A DNA stretch of 64,000 nt from Macrostomum lignano (taxonomy: Eukaryota). Location of the stretch: the NCBI GenBank assembly GCA_002269645.1, contig NIVC01001679.1, forward strand, positions 62,001 through 126,000. The letters run 5' to 3'. Each line of letters opens with the position of its first letter. Within the stretch, counting starts at the first letter, position 1. Below the pieces are notes generated by a model that saw only the letters and a list, made by a program, of their open reading frames with translations, did not search any database and was not told the origin of the DNA. The translations under genes and the position numbers were made by a program. This document shows positions 42,847 through 52,343 of the stretch, piece by piece.

Positions 42847-43136
42847 GTATGCTTGGCGCCATCCTTGAATCGTGGTTCATGTGCGAAGTCCCTGACGTCT
42901 ACCTGGTGCCCGTGAGCATCAGCTACGATAGAACCCTTGAGCAAAGACTTTACGCCTACGAACTGCTTGGGGTGCCGAAGCCAAAGGAGAGCACCTCGGG
43001 CCTGTTGAAAGCTCGCGCCCTGCTAGACGAAGACTTTGGCAGTGTGCACTTTTATTTTGATCAGCCAATCTCTTTGAGAAAATTTGCGACCGAGTATGGC
43101 GGTGTTGACAGATCTGTGCACAGCCTGGCGCCTAAG
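42847..43136 (+). CDS. GNPAT: GNPAT exon (motif IV and downstream)
   Basis: Acceptor CCCAG|GT; [11 protein letters not shown]...[16 protein letters not shown]...[20 protein letters not shown]...[10 protein letters not shown] is the direct continuation of the 985-1188 exon in GNPAT; donor AAG|GTGAGC. Confidence 0.95.
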
Positions 43137-43164
43137 GTGAGCCGCCTGATTTTTTTACTGCCAG

Positions 43165-44300
43165 CGCACTCTGTCCAATGTACACTCTGTCCAATGAACA
43201 CTCTGTCCAATGTACACTCTGTCGAATGAACACTCTGTCCAGTGTACACTCTGTCCAATGTACACTCTGTCCTATATACACTCTGTCCAGTGTACACTCT
43301 GTCCAATGTACACTCCGTCCAATGTACACTCTGTCCAATGTACACTCTGTCCAGTGTACACTCTGTCCAGTGTACACTCTGTCCAATGTACACTCTGTCC
43401 AGTGTACACTCTGTCCAATGTACACTCTGTCCAATGTACACTCTGTCCAGTGTACACTCTGTCCAATGTACACTCTGTCCAATGTACACTCTGTCCAATG
43501 TACACTCTGTCCAATGTACACTCTGTCCAATGTACACTCTGTCCAATGTACACTCTGTCCAATGTACACTCCGTCCAGTGTACACTCTGTCCAATGTACA
43601 CTCTGTCCAATGAACACTGTCCAATGAACACTCTGTCCAGTGTACACTCTGTCCAATGAACACTCTGTCCAATGAACACTCTGTCCAATGAACACTCTGT
43701 CCAGTGTACACTCTGTCCAATGTACACTCTGTCCAATGAACACTCTGTCCAGTGTACACTCTGTCCAATGTACACTCTGTCCAATGTACACTCCGTCCAG
43801 TGTACACTCTGTCCAATGTACACTCTGTCCAATGAACACTCTGTCCAATGAACACTCTGTCCAGTGTACACTCTGTCCAATGTACACTCTGTCCAATGTA
43901 CACTCCGTCCAGTGTACACTCTGTCCAATGTACACTCTGTCCAATGAACACTGTCCAATGAACACTCTGTCCAGTGTACACTCTGTCCAATGTACACTCT
44001 GTCCAATGTACACTCTGTCCAATGTACACTCTGTCCAATGTACACTCTGTCCAATGTACACTCTGTCCAATGTACACTCTGTCCAATGTACACTCTGTCC
44101 AGTGTACACTCTGTCCAGTGTACACTCTGTCCAATGAACACTCTGTCCAGTGTACACTCTGTCCAATGTACACTCTGTCCAATGTACACTCTGTCCAATG
44201 TACACTCTGTCCAATGTACACTCTGTCCAATGAACACTCTGTCCCATGTACACTCTGTCCAATGTACACTCTGTCCAATGAACATTCTAATGTACACTTG
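43165..44300. repeat. 16-bp minisatellite (TACACTCTGTCCAATG) filling a GNPAT intron
   Basis: Direct inspection. Confidence 0.96.
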
Positions 44301-44334
44301 GTCACTAATCGCCATCACCAATATAAAACTGCAG

Positions 44335-44726
44335 GTGAAAGCCCAGCTCACGGACGCGGAGACCAGAATGCTCAAGGCCATGGCTCATCACGTGGTGTCC
44401 CGTCACTGCTTAAACGCCGTCGTGTCGCCCTTCTGCCTGCTCGCCGCTCTGCTGCTGGCCGACGGTCGAGCCTGTCGGCCGGTGCCGTTGACGGAGCTGG
44501 CCGCTGATCTGGAATGGCTGCGCCTGCGGCTGGCCGATGTTGGCAGCTTGGCCAGTCTGGACTGGCCGGCCCAGCTGTCAACTGAAGCCGTCATCGCTGA
44601 GCAGTGCCGGCTGCACTCGGATCTGGTAACTCTGCTGACTAAGGATCAGGCGGTTGCCTTGGTTACCGCGCCGGATTCCGATCTGGAAGCCAGGGCGGCC
44701 CAGCGACTGCAGCTGAGTTCATACAG
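44335..44726 (+). CDS. GNPAT: GNPAT exon (C-terminal domain)
   Basis: Acceptor CTGCAG|GTG; ...NAVVSPFCLLAALLL...EWLRLRL...LDWP...LSSYR parallels GNPAT NMVLSPWTLIVAVLL...WLKGL...LIWP...SAYR; donor AG|GTGAAG. Confidence 0.88.
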
Positions 44727-44827
44727 GTGAAGTGCAATGGGCCCTACTTGTGTAGTGTTTGAAGTTATTTTCGTTACATGTCGGTGACTCATCACGCTGT
44801 GGCTATTTGAATCTACTACTGCCACCA

Positions 44828-44946
44828 CCACTACTACTACTACGGTACTACTCTACTATTACTTTTACTATTACTACTACTACTACTACTACTATTACTA
44901 CTACTACTACTCCTACTACAACAACAACAACAACTACTACTGCTAT

Positions 44947-44989
<43 letters not shown>

Positions 44990-44994
44990 GCTAT

Positions 44995-45049
<55 letters not shown>

Positions 45050-45054
45050 GCTAT

Positions 45055-45106
<52 letters not shown>

Positions 45107-45147
45107 GCTATTACTACTACTACTATTACTACTACTACTACTGCTAT

Positions 45148-45196
<49 letters not shown>

Positions 45197-45201
45197 GCTA
45201 T

Positions 45202-45256
<55 letters not shown>

Positions 45257-45287
45257 GCTATTACTACTACTACTACTACTACTACTG
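44828..45287. repeat. (ACT)n microsatellite in a GNPAT intron
   Basis: Direct inspection. Confidence 0.96.
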
Positions 45288-45298
45288 CAACCCACCAG

Positions 45299-45807
45299 GA
45301 ACCACATCATGTGTCACGTGATCGAGCTCGCTCTGTACGACGCCGCGACTTTAAAATCGTCGGATGGCGGCCTCGGCGCCGCGGCCGTATTCGACACGCT
45401 GCGCCATCTGCTGCACCGGGAATTCCCTACGATCTCAGACGTAGAAGAAATGCCGGACATGGCCGATGCGCTGCCCAGACTTCGCAATTTCGCCCGGGCG
45501 TGCCTGCGGCCGAGCCTGGCTGGCTGTAGCCAGGTGTGCTCAGTTCTGCTCGAACAGCCCGAGCTGGCTGCTCAAAGCTCCGAGCGGCACATCGCCATGG
45601 CTGCTCAGAAGCGGGCATTTGCTAATCTGGTTAGTAACCCGAGTCTCTGGGACGACTGGGAGAGCGTCTCTCTGGACCTGCTGGTCAACGCTGTGCACGG
45701 CCTGCATCGATTGAGGATTCTGACCAAGTCGAGAGGCGCCGCGGCCACGGGCGATGGCGGCTCGTCGTGCGATTTCGAGAGGCTGCGTCGGCTGCATCTG
45801 ATTCTGG
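45299..45807 (+). CDS. GNPAT: GNPAT exon
   Basis: Acceptor CACCAG|G completes YRNHIMCHV (cf. YRNQLLNIF); open GC-rich frame; donor CTG G|GTGAGC at 45808. Confidence 0.82.
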
Positions 45808-45874
45808 GTGAGCACTTCAGCTGTGACCGGGGTGACCGGACAGAACTCTTTAAATGCTAGAAAAGCTGAGGTGC

Positions 45875-46262
45875 TGACAGCCAATCACAGAACAGATAGA
45901 GTGATGTCAGCCAATCACAGAACAGAGGTGGTGGCATCCAATCACAGAACAAATATTGGTGTCAGCCAATCGGAGAACAGATAGAGTGACGTCAGCCAAT
46001 CACAGAACAGATAGAGTGATGTCAGCCAATCACAGAATAGATAGAGTGATGTCAGCCAATCACAGAACAGAGGTGGTGGCAGCCAATCACAAAACAAATA
46101 TTGGTGTCAGCCAATCGGAGAACAGATAGAGTGATGTCAGCCAATCACAGATCAGATAGAGTGATTTCAGCCAATCACAGAACAGATAGTGGTGTCAGCC
46201 AATCGGAGAACAGATAAGAATGGTGGCAGCCAATCACAGCACAGATAAGGTGATGACAGCAA
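45875..46262. repeat. About 30-bp CCAAT-containing minisatellite in the last GNPAT intron
   Basis: GCCAATCACAGAACAGATAGAGTGATGTCA. Confidence 0.9.
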
Positions 46263-46290
46263 ATCAAAAAAACCCGCTATTTGCTTTCAG

Positions 46291-46355
46291 ACCCGCTGAC
46301 CAGAACCCAATCAGATGGCGTCCATGAAGTGCCGTCGACTCGATCGAGGCTCTGA
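46291..46355 (+). CDS. GNPAT: GNPAT terminal exon with PTS1 (SRL*)
   Basis: Acceptor TTTGCTTTCAG|AC, phase 1 matches the 45807 donor; DPLTRTQSDGVHEVPSTRSRL*; C-terminal SRL is a canonical PTS1, as expected for peroxisomal GNPAT. Confidence 0.8.
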
Positions 46356-47253
46356 TGACTTCGATGTGTTTGCCAGTAATGGATGACATTATTAGTTTTA
46401 ATAAGACAGGGATCAACTTTCCTGTTGTCGTAAATTTTCGCAATATTTTTAAGTTATAACAAATCGTATATGAAGTATTATATTTTATCGTACGTATTGA
46501 TTATTTCGATTTAATTTTTTGCTGCATGATCAACGTTATTAGCTAGCTACTCATAAAGAAGAATAATTTTAAGTCATAAATTATCATTGTCATTGCAATC
46601 TACGATGACTACTATTGTTAGTAGTGCTTGAAGTAAACGGCTAAGTCAATAGTTTTTAGGTTAGAAAAAACATGCTGGTGCTACATAAACTATAGCTACT
46701 GTTGGCAGTAGTACTTTTTGTAACATTGATTTACAGTCATGACAGGTTAATTCATAACTTCATACGTTGTAGTTTTTACTATTTTAATTGGGTTAAAAAG
46801 TTGTCAATAAAACAGGCTCTTTTCTAATCATAAAAAGCAAGAATTCGTTTCCTTCAATTAGCAGTCATTTGCATTCAATAAAAACGTGTTTTTTAAATAC
46901 CTTTTATTTTTTTAACTTTTCGACTATTTTTGAACAGAACTAGCATAACAAAAAAAGGAAAAGTGATTTTACCGGGCCAGAAAAGTATTAAAAAAACATG
47001 ACACGCACAGATAACCGAGCACCAATGTCTTAAACAAACTAGATGAAGTGATTATTTTTTTCAAACCATTGATACAAGCATTAAAACTATATTGGGTGAT
47101 TTTTTGGTTTTGTAAGAAATTGCATGAGATCCGTATCTATGCCGTTACTATGGTAACTAGGTCTATGTACGTTGCTGATGAGAAACAAAGGCAAAAACAG
47201 CTGCAGAAAACTAACAAGTTATCCACTTTTTAAAAGTACATCGAGTCCTTTTC

Positions 47254-47494
47254 TCAGCGAGACCCCCGGGAAGACGAACTCGATTTTTCGTTGCTTCTCC
47301 GAGCTTGTCGACAATTCGGCGACGGCAACGGCGACTGCGGTGGCGATCGGCGGGATCGGCGAGAGGTCGACAACGAATTTCTGGGCTTCTGTTTGTCTCC
47401 TGAGATCGAGGATTTGCTGGACTTTGCGGCTGGCGAGGCGCTGCTGCGGCGGTGGCCGGAGCGGCCGCGACTGCGACTGTGGGAGCGGCTGCGG
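47254..47494 (-). CDS. SRSF10: SRSF10/12-like SR protein, exon 4 (RS domain, stop)
   Basis: Pyrimidine-rich acceptor CTTCGCCTGCCCCCTCCGCCAG|C; RRSRSHSRSRGRSGHRRSS...SRRSRRSPP...SRGSR*. Spliced product about 190 aa. Confidence 0.82.
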
Positions 47495-47579
47495 CTGGCG
47501 GAGGGGGCAGGCGAAGTCACGTGATGCGTTTTTTGGCAGGCGAGTTATTAATATTTTAGGTGTGATTCCTGATTGATCT

Positions 47580-47972
47580 GAGATGCTGGCCCAACAACTG
47601 AGGATCTGGGAGGCTGGCCCAGCAACTGAGGATCTGGGAGGCTGGCCCAGCAACTGAGGATCTGGGAGGCTGGCCCAGCAACTGAGAATCTGGGAGGCTG
47701 GCCCAGCAACTGAGAATCTGGGAGGCTGGCCCAGCAACTGAGGATCTGGGAGGCTGGCCCAGCAACTGAGAATCTGGGAGGCTGGCCCAGCAACTGAGAA
47801 TCTGGGAGGCTAGCCCAGCAACTGAGGATCTGGGAGGCTGGCCCAGCAACCGGGGATCTGGGAGGCTGGCCCAGCAACTGGGGATCTGGGAGGCTGGCCC
47901 AGCAACCGGGTATCTGGGAGGCTGGCCCAGCAACCGGGGATCTGGGAGGCTGGCCCAGCAACCGGGGATCAG
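47580..47972. repeat. 28-bp minisatellite in SRSF10-like intron 3
   Basis: GGAGGCTGGCCCAGCAACTGAGGATCTG. Confidence 0.94.
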
Positions 47973-47992
47973 GGATCGCGCAGCAGCCTCAC

Positions 47993-48163
47993 CGTCGAGT
48001 CCCGCCAGTGTCCCGCCCGGAACCCTCCATCCGCTCCATCCGCATCATCTCAGCGGGAGTTCGCCGCTGCCCTCTCGCAAACTCGATCTCGATAGCTCGG
48101 CCAAGAAAATTGGTCCCATCCAGCCGCTTGTGCGCCTCTTTAGCGTCGCTCGAATGATTGTAA
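47993..48163 (-). CDS. SRSF10: SRSF10/12-like SR protein, exon 3 (5' boundary 48163 if AC acceptor, 48202 if AG)
   Basis: YNHSSDAKEAHKRLDGTNFLGRAIEIEFARGQRRTPAEM matches [39 protein letters not shown]; donor CG|GTGAGG. Confidence 0.85.
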
Positions 48164-49845
48164 GTGAAATTTTTGTCCGGATTGGCAATCGATGGGGATT
48201 GCCTTTGTCGGTGAGTTAAAGACTCATTAATTGATGTTATTTGAGTGATAGAATTTACACATTATTACACAACTACCTACTACAAGCCTTACTATACAAT
48301 TACTTAGCTATGACAGCTCCTTAGTTACTCCTTCCTACAGAAGGAGTAATTCTAAAACTGAATAGGGTTTCAGAACCCTTACCGTACAGATCGGCTCATT
48401 TTTTAACTACAAGTCGAGATAGAGAATCTAGCGTCTGATTGTGGGCCAGAGAGGGGAGAGGAGAAAGGAGAGAAGGCAGGGGAGGGGAGAGAAGATAGGG
48501 GAGGGGAGAGAAGATAGGGGAGGGGAGAGAAGATAGGGGGTAGGGGAGAGAAGATAGGGTAGGGAAGGGGAGAGAAGATAGGGGGGAAGGGAGAGAAGAT
48601 AGGGGAGGGAAGGGGAGAGAAGATAGGGGAGGGGAGAGAAGATAGGGGGTAGGGGAGAGAAGATAGGGTAGGGAGAGAAGATAGGGGTAGGGGAGAGAAG
48701 ATAGGGGGTAGGGGAGAGAAGATAGGGGAGGGGAGAGAAGATAGGGGAGGGGAGAGAAGATAGGGGGTAGGGGAGAGAAGATAGGGGTAGGGGAGAGAAG
48801 ATAGGGTAGGGGAGAGAAGATAGGGGGTAGGGGAGAGAAGATAGGGGTAGGGGAGAGAAGATAGGGGGTAGGGGAGAGAAGATAGGGGAGGGAGGGGAGA
48901 GAAGATAGGGGAGGGGAGAGAAGATAGGGGAGGGGAGAGAAGATAGGGGGTAGGGGAGAGAAGATAGGGGAGGGAGGGGAGAGAAGATAGGGGAGGGGAG
49001 AGAAGATAGGGGGTAGGGGAGAGAAGATAGGGGGTAGGGGAGAGAAGATAGGGGAGGGAGGGGAGAGAAGATAGGGGGTAGGGGAGAGAAGATAGGGGAG
49101 GGAGGGGAGAGAAGATAGGGGAGGGGAGAGAAGATAGGGGTAGGGGAGAGAAGATAGGGGGTAGGGGAGAGAAGATAGGGGAGGGAGGGGAGAGAAGATA
49201 GGGGTAGGGGAGAGAAGATAGGGGAGGGGAGAGAAGATAGGGGGTAGGGGAGAGAAGATAGGGGAGGGGAGAGAAGATAGGGGAGGGAAGGGGAGAGAAG
49301 ATAGGGGAGGGAAGGGGAGAGAAGATAGGGGTAGGGGAGAGAAGATAGGGGAGGGGAGAGAAGATAGGGGAGGGAAGGGGAGAGAAGATAGGGGAGGGAA
49401 GGGGAGAGAAGATAGGGGAGGGAAGGGGAGAGAAGATAGGGGAGGGAGGGGAGAGAAGATAGGGGAGGGGAGAGAAGATAGGGGGTAGGGGAGAGAAGAT
49501 AGGGTAGGGAAGGGGAGAGGAAACAGGAGAGAAAAGAGAAGAGAGATGAGACCAGGGAACAGAGGCGTAGTGAGGGGTGATGGGGGGAGGTGTTTCACCT
49601 CCTTCGAATAGCCAAAACGTGTTTTCAGTCTGTATTTCTCCTAGGGGCAGCCTATCCCCTAAAGAAGAAATTTCTGGCTACGCGCCTGCAAGAGAGAGAT
49701 TAGTGAGAAGAGACACAAACCCTGAGCAAGCCGCAGTTTTCCAACCCCTGCTTTATCTTTAAAGTATAACAAGTAAAATTCTAGCAAAGATTAGCCGAAC
49801 AGTTAAAACAGTTTCAGATGAATTCATATTTATTTAAAAGGATAT
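48164..49845 (-). other. U12-type (minor spliceosome) intron, AT-AC or AT-AG
   Basis: 5' end ATATCCTTTT is the exact U12 donor consensus; in-phase AC at 48165-48164 and AG at 48204-48203; branch-like TCTTTAAC at 48222-48215. Confidence 0.8.
48450..49545. repeat. About 21-bp G/A-rich minisatellite inside the U12-type intron
   Basis: GGGGAGAGAAGATAGGGGGTA variants. Confidence 0.93.
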
Positions 49846-49950
49846 TGCACAAAAGCGTAGCCCTTCATTCGACCTGAATAATAGTCCAGCGGCACAGTCA
49901 GATCATAAATCGAGCCGTATTTGGAGAATAAGTGACGAATCTCTTCGTGC
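49846..49950 (-). CDS. SRSF10: SRSF10/12-like SR protein, exon 2 (105 nt)
   Basis: Acceptor CTTTCAG|G; HEEIRHLFSKYGSIYDLTVPLDYYSGRMKGYAFV aligns without gaps to [34 protein letters not shown]; followed by ATATCCTTTT. Confidence 0.92.
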
Positions 49951-50284
49951 CTGAAAGTTTTCAAGTTATAAGCAGGTCAGTAACTCTTAACAACTTCAAT
50001 ATGCAAAGAATAAGGTTTTCAAATAATTTAAGATAATTAAAATTCCTTCAAAAATCAACTTCCCAGCATAGTGATTTGAATGCAAAATTTAATATGCATG
50101 TATGCACTTTATGAAGGCAAACGTGTACTCTTTATTGTACTTACTTTATGTACTTTACGCACATGCACTTTTACATTTATTACTTTTTAATTCTACCTGC
50201 AAAATACATTGCCTGTGAAGTATCTCTGGGTGGATTCTGTACGTTTTGGATGAGTTATGTATGTTTTGGATCGATTCTGTATGG

Positions 50285-50600
50285 TTTTTTATGGATTCTG
50301 TATGCTTTGAATGAGTTTCTGTATGATTTTGGATGAGTTCTGTATGCTTTGGGTGAGTTCTGTATGCTTTGGATGAGTTCTGTATGCTTTGGATGAGTTC
50401 TGTATGCTTTTGATGAGTTCTGTATGCTTTGGATGAGTTCTGTATGCTTTGAATGAGTTCTGTATGCTTTGGATGAGTTCTGTATGCTTTGGATGAGTTC
50501 TGTATGCTTTGGATGAGTTCTGTATGCTTTGGATGAGTTCTGTATGCTTTGGATGAGCTCTGTATGCTTTGGATGAGTTCTGTATGCTTTGGATGGATTC
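50285..50600. repeat. 20-bp minisatellite (TTCTGTATGCTTTGGATGAG)
   Basis: Direct inspection. Confidence 0.92.
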
Positions 50601-51044
50601 TGTGCGAATGGTGCGAATGCTACTTCAACTGTCACTTTATAAGTCGAGGAAGCAAGAGACAGCAAGCACAATGTCCTTGAATAAGCATGCCCTCCCGCCT
50701 GTTGAAGCAATACCTGTAATTGATTTCTCGCTAGTTTGAATTGAATTGCAACAGGAAGGAACCCACATTAACTTCTTTCAATCTTCATAATCGATGCTTT
50801 GCAATTGAAAATTCAAACCGGAAAAATTTGAATTGAAAACAATTTGAATAAAATGTTTCACTGAATCAAAACGCTTTTATTTGCGACAGACAATAGGGGG
50901 TGGCGACAGACAATAGGCTATTATAGGAGCGACTAGTCCAACACAAAATCATTCAAAACACAATAAGATTCAACCGTTAACTGTGACAAATTTCACTATA
51001 ATGAGAGTCCATTCCAACTGACTTTCTCAACACGTCCCATTTCC

Positions 51045-52139
51045 TCAGTTTTCGTTTATTAACATTAAACGCTTGAAGCATTGCCGGAATTGCGGACTAC
51101 GACGCAGCAGCACAAAGAAACTCGCGCACTGATTAACGAGAGCCAGAGTGAGGCTGCAATAAGCAAAGTTAGTTATCATGCTTAAATAGTCAATATAGTC
51201 GCCCATGTCTAGCAGATTAACGGAGATTTCGCCAGCAAGCCTCAGAGTCATAGCTGGCAAGTTTAGTGCCAAGTAAACAATCGATAGAATAAAAACAATT
51301 ATTGTTCCATTAATTTCGGCAATCGAGTAGCGCATAGCAACGCTTTGAGGCGACAGAATTCGACGCCTATTGTTGGCAGCCAGTCGAACCCGACTCAACA
51401 GAAATCCATTCAGGCCCAACATCAGTAGCATGAAAACCAGTGGAGGATTTGACAGCAACGAAGTGTAAGCCAGCATGGCTAATCTAACCTCGTGGCCGCG
51501 ATAGCAATACTTCAGCACTGTTCCGTCTGGCATGGTGGCAGTCACGTGACCAACTAGAATCCCATTCGGCAGGGCAATTAAAACCGACAGCAAGAATGAA
51601 GCAACCAAAGCTTTAATGGCCCATCGTATGCCTACTTTTTGCATGACGAGCGGTCGGTGAACAACCAAAACCCGGTCGATCACCAGGACTAACATCCATA
51701 AACACGAGAGCGTGTGACAGAAATTCAGAGCATAGCGAGACACTTTGCACATGTTATCGCTCAGATTGTAGCTGATAAAAGCCAGTCGACCTCTAGTGAT
51801 CCACGGCAGGCCTTTGGTGAGGAACACGTTAAACACTCCAATAACTACGAGGCTCAATATGTCGACAATGGCATTGCAGCCAAGGAAAAGATTCTGCCGA
51901 GTTAGCGGTCGAATCCGGTTCAGCATGATATGAGCAACAATGATGTTTCCAATTGCTCCAACAATTATTATAATTGGTAGCACGATGCCCGATATTGAGC
52001 CAACCACGTGAGACATGATGCAGAATAAGCGCCTGGATGGATCTCCACTCAGGCAGTCTCTCACCATTTGCATTGCATTCTCAGTGTATCCGGTTTTTAC
52101 TACCACAGTTTCAGAGTTGTTTTGAGCACCTTGCAGCAT
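51045..52139 (-). CDS. Intronless rhodopsin-like (class A) GPCR, peptide-receptor-like orphan
   Basis: Seven hydrophobic segments; TM1 GAIGN, TM2 NAIVD, TM3 C...VIDRV (DRY-like), TM4 W, TM6 LNLP, helix 8 SPQFRQCF. First ATG 52139 (track ORF starts at TTG 52166). Confidence 0.88.
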   Translation of the reverse strand: MLQGAQNNSETVVVKTGYTENAMQMVRDCLSGDPSRRLFCIMSHVVGSISGIVLPIIIIVGAIGNIIVAHIMLNRIRPLTRQNLFLGCNAIVDILSLVVIGVFNVFLTKGLPWITRGRLAFISYNLSDNMCKVSRYALNFCHTLSCLWMLVLVIDRVLVVHRPLVMQKVGIRWAIKALVASFLLSVLIALPNGILVGHVTATMPDGTVLKYCYRGHEVRLAMLAYTSLLSNPPLVFMLLMLGLNGFLLSRVRLAANNRRRILSPQSVAMRYSIAEINGTIIVFILSIVYLALNLPAMTLRLAGEISVNLLDMGDYIDYLSMITNFAYCSLTLALVNQCASFFVLLRRSPQFRQCFKRLMLINEN

Positions 52140-52343
52140 TTCACTGTACTTGTCAGTGTCTAACAAATTCCAAAGACGATTTTTGCTTTGCGCAAAGGTT
52201 TTGAATGCAAGCTATTATTAATGAAAATTTCTTCGATTCATCATCCAATAAGAATGATGATGGCAGCACAAGCACAGCTGTTCAATCTTTCCTGGTTGAT
52301 GATTTGCTGACAAAAAAAGAATGTATCGCTGGTATGCTGGTTG

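Noticed and set aside
43061-44507. Cys/His-rich ORFs resembling metal-binding repeats
   Set aside because: 16-bp array inside a GNPAT intron; frames rotate every unit.
47219-47737. 172-aa ORF as a separate gene
   Set aside because: Alternative frame over the RS-domain exon plus the 28-bp repeat; the RS frame with a proper acceptor fits the SRSF10-like model.
50196-50260. Alternative SRSF10 exon 1 near exon 2 (RYFTGNVFCR|GTAGAA)
   Set aside because: Poor RNP2 match and no ATG context; the exon at 61345-61290 fits much better.
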